Of a DNA stretch of 64,000 nucleotides, positions 35,467 to 47,270 are shown piece after piece. The notes beneath the pieces are model-generated. The model saw only the letters and a program-made list of their open reading frames with translations. It was not told the origin of the DNA and made no database searches. Position numbers and translations under genes: made by a program. Within the stretch, counting starts at the first letter, position 1. Every line of letters begins with the position of its first letter. The DNA comes from Eledone cirrhosa (Eukaryota), in contig CAXHJY010000075.1 of the NCBI GenBank assembly GCA_964016885.1, forward strand, positions 175,159 to 239,158, read 5' to 3'.

Positions 35467-36080
35467 ACAATAAATTGAGTTCAGATGCATCACTAATTTT
35501 TCGTTTTATATTATATCACACTCTGCTCTGTAAGAACATAGAGTGCTCAACCGACATACCGCCTATGGAAGCATCATAGCTACCATCAGACACACTCATA
35601 AAAAAAAATATATATATATATCAACTAGAAATTGATTGACATATATATATATATCTAAAATAAACATATGAAACAATCACAGGGGATAATCTGTAAAAGT
35701 GTCTAAGCACACACAGCTATGTGGGTAACTAATTAAAGTTTAACTAGAACTTCAAAAATAGATACCTTATAAATTGATTAATCTTCCTTGTATATATTTC
35801 ATTAAAGAAATATATTTCACCAATTAATCGATTGGTAAACGACAGTAGCCAAATCCTGGATTTTCAACAAGGAAGAAGACTTAACTATCTGTGTTTACAC
35901 CTCAAATTCAAATCTGTGACTAACTATTAGCACGTGTTTCATTTAATACAAATACACACATCGCGCCAGCTTCGTCCCAGTGGCGTGAATAGGGTTATCG
36001 ACAACTAGAAATAGCAGTCAAGACCTTTTAACTGAGTTATCTCTACAATAAAGGGGCCGTATATATATCCAATATTTAAA

Positions 36081-38560
36081 TTAAATTAAGGATGTCATGT
36101 CAGAGAGATTTATGTCCTCGATAATTGAGTGGTTAGCCTTTTTATAGGTGGAGTTTAGGCTGCTCCTGATCACTCTGAGGTATCTGTCCGGGTTGACGAA
36201 ATAGAGGTTTCCAGTTTTGTCCGAGTGCACCAGGATGTCGTTGGTGCTTTCATACTCCGTTATTTTGCTACGGAGTTGTAGGGATCGGTTGTGTCTGGGT
36301 TTGAATTTAATACCCTTGACCAGTTGGAAAAGGTCGTTCTCGAAGGGTGAGAGCATAGGGTTCGGTGGGGGAGATTTGTAGGTAATGAATCCGAATCTCT
36401 CCTTGGTGTCGAAGTCCTGGTTGTCACGGTATCTGTCATAGAAAAAGTTCTCTATCTTAGTCTTTTCGCAAAAAGGTCGATTTTTTGCGTGAGCATCCGA
36501 AGGATTATTCCTACTATTTAAACTCACCGAAATGTTTCCCACATTCGGCGGTGGATTGTACCGAGACGATGGGCTCCTTACCCTCAAAGGGTACAACCCC
36601 AATAGTATAGACTGGGTCCGTAAACAACTTATCAACTTCTTCCGGGACGGGGGATTTAAAATCACCCTACAAACGTCCCTAACCCGAGTAAACTTCCTGG
36701 ACGTTACCCCCAACCTCGAAAATGATCTGTACTACCCATATAGGAAACCAAACGACAACCTGCACTACATCCACCGCCGCTCTAACCATCCTAGAAACAT
36801 CACCAATAACCTGGTTAAAAACATTTCCCTCCGCATATCTCGTTTGTCCGCTAATGATCAGATATTCGACGAACATGCGCCTCATTACAACCAGGCCCTC
36901 AAGTGGAGTGACTTCCGGGAGGAAATATCCTTTTATCCAGCTTCCCTTAGCGGAACCAGCAGGCGACGCCGCCGCTCACGTAACGTGGTTCAATCCTCCC
37001 CACAATGCCGAGATAGATGGCAACACCTATCGGGAAAATCTTCTTTAGGCTCCCCGTAAAACACTTTCCACCACAACACCGCTACCACAATATAATCAAC
37101 AAAAACACCATCAAGCTATCCTACAGCACCACACCTAACTTCGCACAAAACATCGTCTCCTCAAACAACAAAAAACTCAACCCCTATGGAAGAAACAACC
37201 TAGAAATTAGTGGAGAGCCGACCAGGAGGTGTAACTGCCCTGATAGATCTACGTGCCCCCTCAACAACAGATGCCGAGAACGTAACGTGATCTACCAGTG
37301 CAACGTGAGGACGGACACCTCCAACAAAGCTTATATAGGATTAACCGCTTGTGACTTTAAGACCCGGCTCTACCAACACCGACATACGTTCCGAAACCCG
37401 GTCTGGCGACATGCCACCACACTTTCGGGCCATATCTGGGACCTCCAAGATAAAAATATAACTTACCATCTTACTTGGAGGTTACTCTTACACGGGAGGA
37501 CGCCGTCCGTGTAAATTATGCTCGGAGGAAACATTACAAATGCTGTTTACGAAGGATCAACTCCTAAACAAAAAAGACGAACTGGTAACTGCATGCAAAC
37601 ACAGATTGCGGAAGACTTACCTCGCCCTCAAACCCCCTAATGATCCGGGTGGGTAGACAAGGGCTGAAACACCCCACTTGCCGAATAAGATAGGGAAAAC
37701 CCCAACTTATATAGGTAGATGTACCTCTTTTCTTTTCCTCTGTTTTCTTCTTCCCTTTGTCTCCTCCTATCACTTCTTTCCACTACCGATTTTCTTCCTC
37801 GTTCGTTTCTTTGTTTTTTTTCCCTTTCGCCTACCCCTAGACAGTCCATCGAGCCTCCTTAGCCCCAGTACCCCCACCCCAGTAACTTACAGATAGCATT
37901 CGCCGATTACGCTATACTAACTATTCATAGCAGCTGTGTTAGACCCCAGAGATGTGGTATTAATTTTTAATACCCAATTCTAAATGTTCTATAATTCTCA
38001 TCTAGCAACCCATTCTATAGCATTGGCCGAAAAAGCATAACCAACTAAGTATAGCAGCTGTTGAGACTCCTTAGTTTTTGTTTTATTTCACTTCTCACTT
38101 TCCAATCTTACATTCTGATATATCTTTCTCTCATTTTTTATTATATTCTTTTTTATTATATTTTTCCATTGTCTCCTAATCTAATTTGATTTACTATTTC
38201 TATAACGTCCCTTCTCCATTGTCTAAAGAAAGCTTTTTTCGCCAACCTCCTCTGGCCTACTTTCATACACATTCCTTAGAATTTGCCATGTAGATTTCAC
38301 CTTCAACGTTTGACCGGCTCTACCCACTCCCTTATCATTCTACGGGCAAGTTCAGCCACCCCCACCCCGCACCCACTGTCATGATAGACTTTTCTGTGTC
38401 TGCTACAAATTTTGACCAATCCTCTTGACAACTACAATCTTCCTATATAAGGAAGTACCCCTTGAAAAGTTCTGCTATTTATTTACAAGACTAAAAAAAC
38501 TCTTACTTTAGTCCAGAAATAGCCGTCGAAACGGCTTGAGCTCTGCTGTCGGGGTCATAC
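36081..38560 (+). mobile_element. Penelope-like element 2 with an inverted 5' segment (36081-~36478 minus; remainder plus)
   Basis: Minus part encodes FENDL..SDKTGNLY. Plus part encodes GGLYRDDGL, FLDVT, YRKPND..SNHP, WFNPP, CNC..CPL, IYQC..YIG and CKH. The 3' UTR boundary is approximate. Confidence 0.82.
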
Positions 38561-38599
38561 TTTCTCTTATATATATATATATATTTATATATATATAGG

Positions 38600-39372
38600 G
38601 TGGGTAAAATTCCCGAGATCCATGGACGAGTTCTCTCCAGCGGTCTCTGTCCCTCATTATCGCTGCCATGTCCTGCGTCTCTAACAGACCAGTGTCTGTC
38701 CTTACGGCATCAACATATTTTAACCTCGGTCTTCCTCTTCCAGTGTGTCCATGCAGGGGCTCCCACAGGAGCACTTAGTGCAGTGTCAACTCTGGATGTC
38801 GGTGAGCATATCCGGCTAACCTCAGCCTCCTCTTTGTCACTTTTGAGCTGACATTTGGGAGGCTCCCGTACAGCTCTGAGTTTTTCATCCTCAGTGTATA
38901 CTGATTAATGTTCAGAGCCATCCTCAGCATTCTCGTGTAGCACCCATCCACCATCTGAGTGAGTTTCTTGGTCAGTGTCCAAGTCTCAGACCCGTACAGC
39001 AGCACAGACTCCACTACATCAACGAAGAGGCGGATCTTCAGGTCTTTACGAAGGTCCGACTTCCACACCGATCCCAAGCTGTGGCACGCGGCTTCCCGCC
39101 TACATTAGTGATCCCCTCTGGCTTCTCAACATTCTCTACCAGATATTTTGTCTTAATCTCATTCATTCTCATCCCCACACTCACCGACACAGTCTCAACC
39201 TCCTGCATCAAATCCTCTGCCTCCTTCACTGTGTTTGTCACCAAAACTATGTCGTCGGCAAATTCAGCATCCGATATCTTTTACGTCTTAATTCTCCTGC
39301 TTTGAGCCGGTGTTACAGTAAAGCCAGAGTCCTGGTGTTTCTTCGTCTTCTGTATTTTCGGATCCACAAGTA
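38600..39372 (-). mobile_element. RTE/RTE-X LINE 3' fragment
   Basis: FADD at ~39251-39262, VESVLLYGSETWTLT, RRLRLAGY and GRGRPRLKY. Confidence 0.8.
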
Positions 39373-39397
39373 AGATATATATATATATATATATATG

Positions 39398-39596
39398 GAA
39401 GAAGAAGAAGAAGAAGAAGAAGAAGAAGAAGAAGAAGAAGAAGAAGAAGAAGAAGAAGAAGAAGAAGAAGAAGAAGAAGAAGAAGAAGAAGAAGAAGAAG
39501 AAGAAGAAGAAGAAGAAGAAGAAGAAGAAGAAGAAGAAGAAGAAGAAGAAGAAGAAGAAGAAGAAGAAGAAGAAGAAGAAGGAGGAGGAGGAGGAC
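39398..39596. repeat. (GAA)n microsatellite, about 60 units
   Basis: Read directly. Confidence 0.95.
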
Positions 39597-40297
39597 GGCG
39601 ACATATTTCTTCCAGTTTCGGATCCAAAGTAAGATAATTCATTATTCCCAATTCCGCAAATTCGTCTTGATCAACTTGGAGGTTTTGATTATAGTTCAAC
39701 AAAAATCTTGAGGAAGATAATATTCTGTTTATCAAAATTTATGATCTAAGAGTATCAAACATATTTTCCACCATTAAGAGAATTCTTTTCTAAAGCATAA
39801 AAATAAAAGCTCTATTGAAAGAAACTGCAATCATCATCAGCAAACGTCAACTAAAGGAATTCCAAAAGCACGCCACAAGGGAAAAATTTATATCAGGAGA
39901 TAATTGTAGGACGTGTAATTCAGATGGTTACATGCAATAGCCTGTAACCATCTGAAATAAAATTTATTTTTTTACTACCAAAATAGAGACCCTGTTTTTG
40001 TCATCCAATGGATCAAGATATTATATTATATTATATTAAACTGTCATCCAATGGATCAAGATATTATAACTTGCAAGATTATACCAACGAAGATATTTGT
40101 GTGATATTCTCGTGGCGATAAAAGAGGGCAAACCTACCCACAGAAACTGATATCTTACTTAAAGCCTTAAAAGAACTCATTGTCCACAAGCAGAACCAAC
40201 AATCTAAACTATAACAAAGGAAGGCCTGCGGGACTACGTACGGTTTATTTTTTGTTTTTACCCCGTTAGTAAAATAAGTTGGATTACTTTGAATAAA

Positions 40298-40482
40298 TAA
40301 TTGTTTCTACTTTAGGCACAAGGCCAGCAATTACCCAGTACATTACTGATACTTTATTTTATCGACCCCGTAAGGATGAAAGGCAAAGTAACCCTCGGCG
40401 GGATTTGAATTCAGACCGTAAAGGGACGTAACTATGCTGGAAAGCATGGCGTCCGACTCTCTACCGATACTGCCAATCCACA
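40298..40482 (-). mobile_element. SINE family 1
   Basis: Collinear with 29755-29950. Confidence 0.8.
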
Positions 40483-41482
40483 TAATGAATGAATATTACA
40501 TAATTTATCTACTAAATTTCGTAAACAAAAATAATTTCGTAAAAATAAATAATTTAAAATTGACTTCTTTTCAAAGTTGCACTTCCGCTATATCGTCGCC
40601 ACCACCATCACTTCAACTACCATTTATATCGAAAGAGATAGTGAGTGATGTCAACGCTTCCGGTGGCGATCACTTAAATAAACATACTAATTTTCTGTCA
40701 CTAATTTTCTCCTAATGCAGTTTATATATAATATCGTCTTTTTTTAATGTATCATGGATTACGTTACTGATTACATAAGACAGTGTAACATAGTATTCGT
40801 TCAATTTCTGTTTATATTGTCAATTACGATTTTATTTGATGTATCATATCTACATGTATATATACTTGCATATAATATCAATATACACACTACACATGCC
40901 AGCAGAAAACCACCCGAAGGGTGGTTTTTCTGCTAGTGTAACTAAATAATCGAATCTCAACTTCAAGTTAATTCGTCCCGGCTCAGCTGCAACTGCAGTT
41001 GTTAAACCTGCTGATGATATTGATGACTCACTTACTGTCAGCTCATTTTTCCTCAGTCTCCTCAGTTTTTTCTACGAGTGTAAGGCAAGAACTAGCGGAG
41101 CATCACAGCTCTACTAATTCATCAAACTCAACTGTGATGTACTATAGGTAAATAAAATTATTAAACATCGGCAATAATTATTTTTTCTATTTAATATTAC
41201 ATACAGTATGTAGTGTTAAATGATTTTATTATATATTGTACATTATACTTAGTTACATGATGTCTACAATATTTTCTGTAATTTTGTTATCTTAACGTGG
41301 TCAGCGTATGGTGTATAGATTTCCAATATTGCTTACGTACACAATATTAAAACTATCATTGGTTAAACTCGGACTAAAACAGTGCTTTTTCTCCTGTTAA
41401 GGCAGTTTAAAGAAGGATCACAGACACACATATGCACACAGATACACACGCGCTTTCTGTGCGAGTGTGCGTGTATGTGTGT

Positions 41483-41520
<38 letters not shown>

Positions 41521-41530
<10 letters not shown>

Positions 41531-41712
41531 ACAGGCTTCCACAGGACTAGAACTGTTTCATTCGGGAGAAATCATGAGGAAGCCTGATGATTTCTCCCGA
41601 ATTAAACAGTTCTAGTCCTGTAGAACCCTTTCCTATATTAAATATTTATACTCTCTGCTTTGTATTCAGTACCTTACTTACTGTGGTTACCCCCTATTGA
41701 ACCCGGGATAAA
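41521..41712 (+). repeat. Dispersed hairpin repeat (probable Penelope pLTR derivative); other copies at 44749-44940, 45699-45885, 55051-55152, 59450-59585
   Basis: Inverted arms of ~55 bp containing CTGATGA..GAAAC, followed by a shared tail ATACTCTGCTATGTATTGAGTACCTTACTTACTGTGGTTACC. Always flanked by TA-rich sequence. Confidence 0.8.
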
Positions 41713-41967
41713 CTTATATACATATATATATAGGAACGAGTAGGACCCGACGGCTGAGCTCAAGCCGTTTCTGGACTAAATTGGCAAGACTGGATTTGAA
41801 CCTCTGAAATATGTATAATAAAATACATTTGATCACATGAATGTCTATATTTATTAATATTTTGAATTAATATTAATAACTCCAGAAACCCTCACTGTTG
41901 AGTGCTTCTAATCTATTGTAAAACTTTATTCATTGATTAATTCAATGAACCTTGTTTAACTTTTAAT

Positions 41968-42003
<36 letters not shown>

Positions 42004-42007
<4 letters not shown>

Positions 42008-42766
42008 AGTATGCATGTATGTATACGTACATACATATATGTATACAGACGTACAGTAGTATGTATATATATACATACATGCACACACATATATATATAT
42101 GCACGTATCGGTTTACCGAACATTTATTATAATGTTCGGTTTGTTTGTAAACAAACAAACAGCCCGAATTACGCCGTACAGTGTTTAGGCAACCACGTCA
42201 CCATTTTGTTCAACACTGACACAGGAACGATGTACTAGTTTCAAGCTTATTAGCTATCGTCAGCATCGTATACCTTCCTGCCAGATGGTTGAACGTCTGA
42301 AAGTATATATTTTCTTTATGCATATTAACGGCTGAGCAGCCTAATTTGCATATCGAGTGAGTTTAGTCGGCTGGGCGCACCGAAAACGATAAATGGAATA
42401 GAATGAAACGAAATTTCATTTCTCACTCTTAGTACGGCACTTACTTAAATGTAAGTATGTATGTACACGTACATACATATATGTATACAGACGTACAGTA
42501 GTATGTATATATATACATACATGCACACATATATATATGCACGTATCGGTTTACCGAACATTTATTATAATGCTCGGTTTGTTTGCAAACAAACAAACAG
42601 CCCGAATTACGCCGTGCATATATATATGTGTGCATGTATGTATATATGTACATACTACTGTACGTCTGTATACATATATGTATGTACGTATACATACATG
42701 CATACTTATATTTAAGTAAGTGCCGTACTAAGAGTGAGAAATGAAATTTCGTTTCATTCTATTCCA
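42004..42766. repeat. Direct repeat (42004-42177 / 42450-42614) plus inverted repeat (42394-42543 / 42613-42766)
   Basis: Sequence identity read directly on both strands. Confidence 0.85.
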
Positions 42767-42789
42767 TATATATATATATATATATAGTG

Positions 42790-43539
42790 AAAAATGGAAC
42801 GGGAACAAATCAGAGAGGCATTGCGAACAGAGGTTTATTAGTCTCACGCTCTTGAGAGTGGGGTGGCGTTGGGGAACGACGTTTCGGGCATAAGCCCTTC
42901 TTCAGGCGAAAAGTGTGTGGGAAGAGAGTTCCAAGGGTGTGTAGGGGAGTGGGGGAGAAACATTTAGAAAAAAGGGGGTGAGAGGAAACGGTGGAAAAGG
43001 TACATATGAAAATAAATATAAAAAAATAATAAAAATAAAAATAAACATGAAGATAAACAAGTGGTGGAAGGTTGTGTGGCGTGTAGGGTGGAATGAGGAG
43101 AGGGAGGCGGGGTGTCCTAGCGGGGAGGGGTGAAGGTGGTGTGTGTGTAGGTGTACGTGTGTGTGTGTGTGTGTATGTGAATATGAGAGTTGAGGAAAGA
43201 ACGAGGTTCCCTGTTCAGGAAAAGGTGTGTGTGGGGTGTGATGTAGGTCGGTGTGTGTGTGCGTGTGTGGATGGAGAGGGGTCAGAGGGGTAGGGGAGGA
43301 TTCCGGAGGCTGAGTGTGTAAATATGTGGGGGTACGCACGTGTGTGTGGTGTTTATACGTATTGTGGATGTAGGTGGCGGGTGGGAAAAACATTTTTGTG
43401 AGTGTATGTCCGTGGGTAAGTTCCTAAGGTAGTTCCGTAGAGGGTGTGGTGGGGTGCCGGATATTTTCCTTGTGATGGAGTTGATTGGTGGGAGTGATGT
43501 CAATGTGTGTAATCCGTGGTTGGGTTGGTCGGAAGAGGG

Positions 43540-43540
<1 letters not shown>
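42790..43540 (-). mobile_element. 3' end/pLTR of a Penelope-like element
   Basis: Hammerhead core followed by AATAAA, with C/A-rich 3' UTR-like sequence. No confidently recognisable protein motif. Confidence 0.55.
42877..42907 (-). ncRNA. Minimal hammerhead ribozyme motif
   Basis: CCTGAAGA-AGGGC-TTAT-GCCC-GAAAC-GTC-G, the pattern typical of Penelope pLTR hammerheads. Confidence 0.7.
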
Positions 43541-43602
<62 letters not shown>

Positions 43603-43789
43603 TATATAAATAAGTACAATATCGGAGAAAGCTTTTTAGCGATACTCCGGCCAAATTCCAACTCACTCAACAAACATTAGGAAATAAGTGATTATATTCC
43701 CAATTATGCGTTCGGGGTGCTAACTAAAAGTATTGCGTGGAAAATTGGTTGTATTATTTCATATATATTTCATATATATATATATATAT

Positions 43790-43885
43790 AGGGTGTCCCG
43801 CAAAAATAATACACACTTTAACAACATTCTAAGAAATACTGCCTGTTTATGTAACTAAATGAAGTTACATTTTTGGGGACACCCT
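43790..43885. mobile_element. Small Tc1/mariner-type MITE
   Basis: TIRs AGGGTGTCCCGCAAAAA / TTTTTGGGGACACCCT within TA flanks. Confidence 0.7.
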
Positions 43886-43925
43886 CTATATATTATATAT
43901 ATGTATTTGTAAGTGTATATATATA

Positions 43926-43992
<67 letters not shown>

Positions 43993-44033
43993 CGAAACAT
44001 AAGTCAATTGCATGAACTCATAATCCTTTATTT

Positions 44034-44089
44034 ACTGCTATATATATTTCGATGATAGCCATTGAATGGCTATGACCTCATCAGGCAGT
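44034..44089 (-). ncRNA. Type I hammerhead ribozyme motif
   Basis: ACTGC-CTGATGA-GGTCATAGCCATTCAATGGCTATCATC-GAAA-TATATA-TA-GCAGT, followed by AATAAA. Confidence 0.78.
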
Positions 44090-44223
44090 TAGTCAGTTCT
44101 TAGATATGCCAGCTCTGTGTTTATGGTGTTGATGGTATCAGAGCCTTGGGATATATATATATATTTCGTTTCTGAATTTGTTTAGCAAGATTCTTTATCT
44201 GAAAACGTGTGTTGAAATCGATA

Positions 44224-44730
44224 TTGTTATGCTTTGGGAGGGTCATGTTGCCAATAAGAAACACACGCACCAGTTGCTTTCACTCCAATTTATTATAAAT
44301 TTAAGAATTTATAAATTTCCGGTTGGTAGTTTGGTTCCATAACCGGACGGTTGTTCATATATTGTCAAAATTCTTTCGTCACACATTATGTGACCTCTTC
44401 AGTGACTGGGGATTCTTTTCTTTGTTTTTTGTGCCTCTCCTTTGTTCTGTCCTACGCCATCTTGTTTTTTCTTTTTTTTTTTGAAAAAACAAGATGGCGT
44501 AGGACAGAACAAAGGAGAGGCACAAAAAACAAAGAAAAGAATCCCCAGTCACTGAAGAGGTCACATAATGTGTGACGAAAGAATTTTGACAATATATGAA
44601 CAACCGTCCGGTTATGGAACCAAACTACCAACCGGAAATTTATAAATTCTTAAAATTATAATAAATTGGAGTGAAAGCAACTAGTGCGTGTGTTTCTTAT
44701 TGGCAACATGACCCTCCCAAAGCATAATAA
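44224..44730. repeat. ~500-bp near-perfect palindrome with a hammerhead-like motif in each arm
   Basis: Arms ~44224-44470 and ~44484-44730. Motif GTCA-CTGAAGA-GGTCACATAATGTGTGAC-GAAA-GAATTT-TGAC at 44548-44590 (+) and 44364-44406 (-). Confidence 0.88.
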
Positions 44731-44971
44731 TATATATAAATAATATTTAATATAGAAATGGCTTCTACAGGACTAGAACTGTTTCATTTGAGGGAAATCA
44801 TCAAAAAAACTCTGACGATTTCCTTCGAATGAAACAGTTCTGGTCCTGTAGAAGCCATTACTATATTACATACTGTATATACTCTGCTATGTATTGAGTA
44901 CCTTACTTACTGTGGTTACCACCGATTAAACCCGGGATACATACATTCACTCACACACACATATATATTTC

Positions 44972-45028
<57 letters not shown>

Positions 45029-45128
45029 TATGAAACATGGCATGCTGCGTGGTTGCAAATGGGTTACATATGAATAAATTTAGTCCTTCATCAGTGATCT
45101 TCCAGCCTTCATCGCTGAGTGTGTGTGT

Positions 45129-45176
<48 letters not shown>

Positions 45177-45437
45177 ACACACATATATATATTTATATAT
45201 ATATATAATTTTCCAAACTGGGATGTCGAGTTGTATCATTTTATGTCTATATCTGTAACTACATAACATAGCGATTCGGTAAAATGGAATCAATACAATG
45301 CGTACCAGACTGGAATATATATCCGTGTAAATACTAACCGACTATAACCCCTGGAGGTGGTGCCACAGCATGGCCGCAACCGAAAGACAGAAACCAATAA
45401 GAGGAAAGTATTTAAAAAAATAAAAATATACACACAC

Positions 45438-45503
<66 letters not shown>

Positions 45504-45585
45504 CACTGATCGACAGTGAAACATATGTAATTAAATATGTATATGATGCAATACTGATTCTTTGTTCCCTTATGTCTATTAATAC

Positions 45586-45618
<33 letters not shown>

Positions 45619-45941
45619 GTGCCCCAGCATGGCCCCAGCCGGATGGCTGGAACAGATAAAAGAGTAATATATATATATATATATACATGTATAATACCTA
45701 ATATAGAAATGGCTTCTACAGAACTAGAACTGTTTCATTCGAAGGAAATCATCAGGAAAGCCCCGATGACTTCCTTCGAATGAAACGGTTCTAGTCATGT
45801 AGAAGACATTTCTATATTAAATATCTATACTCTGCTATGTATTGAGTACCTTACTTACTGTGGCTACCTCCGATTAAACCCGACATACACACACACACGC
45901 ACACACATGTGTGTGTGTGTACCTACGTATATATATATATT

Positions 45942-46054
<113 letters not shown>

Positions 46055-46346
46055 TTGTGTGTGTGTAAAAAGTAAACAGAAATAACAAAGGAAACAACAC
46101 AGTACGTTGAAGAAATATATTAGTGTAACGCTTCGGACACTTCTCTGAATATATATAGAAACACACACACACCCACACACAAATACACACGCACACATGA
46201 TCATACATGCATGCATACACACTATATACATACACATAATACATACATACGTATATAAATTCTTACTTATGTATATACAAACACATAGACACATATACAC
46301 ACACATAGATACAATGAATCGTACACGCTAATCATACATTCATACC

Positions 46347-47115
46347 ATAATAATAACAATAATAATATTTTCTTTATTGGCCACAAGGGCCTACATATAG
46401 GGAATAATAATACTTTCTTTATTAACCACAAGGGTTGACATAAAATATAACATTAAGGACAGCGCAGGATGATACAGTATGGTACAAATAGACATTTCTG
46501 CGTGTAAGAAAAAACAAAATTATATATATAATATAATATATACAAAAAGAAAAAAAAGTGTATAGGAGGGAGGGGGCTTCCGAGGGTCATTCGTGGAAAA
46601 AGCCACGGTCACCTTGACCGTCAGGGCAAGCGCCCGCCCCCAGGTTTCTTCCTATGATACTGCAGGCACACGCTTAGGTCAGGCCCATTCACACCGGCCA
46701 TTCTTGCCTCTCTCCCCCACCTTTCAACAAACTGGCTGGAAGGTAGCAATTCCCTCTCCCCTCTCACTTTCCTTTTCAGGTGAAAATAATAATAATGATA
46801 ATGATTTTTAAAATTTTCCACGAAGTGTTAACATTAAGAAAACCTTACAATGGCACAGGATGACAGCATAGAGTGTGTGTGTGTGTGTGGCTTTTGCGTG
46901 TAAACAGGTTTAACGATAGGGGAAAAAAAAAAAAAAAAAAAATGTAGCTATAAAAAATTAAACAATGTCAATTCTTCAATAGGGAGGAGAAGCCCTAATT
47001 TCTAGGGAAAGTACCCTGTCCCAGGTGTCCTCAATAATAATAATGATAATGATAATGATGATGATGATTTCTTTATTAGCAACGCAGGGCTCACATTAAG
47101 AAAGTACGACATAAT
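46347..47115 (-). mobile_element. Cluster of 5'-truncated 3' ends of the same L1/Tx1 family, separated by (AAT)n
   Basis: TTTCTTTATT(GG/AA)CCACAAGGG ends at ~46368 and ~46414, a related end at ~47068, and ORF2 C-terminus FHLKRKVRGERE..FVERW..DLSVCL at 46660-46785. Confidence 0.8.
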
Positions 47116-47270
47116 AATAATTGTTTCTACGTTTGGGCTCAAGGCCAGCAATTATCCCAGCATATTACTGGTGCTTTATTTTATCGACCCCGAAAGGATG
47201 AAAGGCCAAGTTAACCTCGGCGGGATTTGAACTCAGATCGTAAGGAGCCGTAACTCTGTGCTGCAAAGTA
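47116..47270 (-). mobile_element. SINE family 1 abutting the LINE-end cluster through (AAT)n
   Basis: B-box and tail as in other copies. Confidence 0.78.

Larger units (their letters stand above)
31047..35560 (+). mobile_element. Penelope-like element 1 (RT + C-terminal GIY-YIG, probably Naiad-type), 5'-truncated and frameshifted
   Basis: DKTGNVY, RLIAPSKSDIG, YRDD, FLDVTL, YHKPNE..SNHP, WFNTPYS, CNC..CPL, VYKC..YIG, CSLCLYE, CRH. Coding region ends at ~33530. A long TA/TG-rich tail ends with a hammerhead-like motif and AATAAA. The 3' boundary is inferred. Confidence 0.82.

Noticed and set aside
33120-37620. Selenocysteine (TGA) at Cys positions, as reported for some Naiad elements
   Set aside because: The visible CNC, CPL, CxLC and CxH motifs use TGT/TGC in both elements.
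39281-39735. Poly-Glu, poly-Ser and poly-Phe ORFs
   Set aside because: (GAA)n microsatellite read in different frames.
45085-45120. CTGATGAAGG on the minus strand as a hammerhead
   Set aside because: No stem II closure or GAAA follows; at most a fragment.
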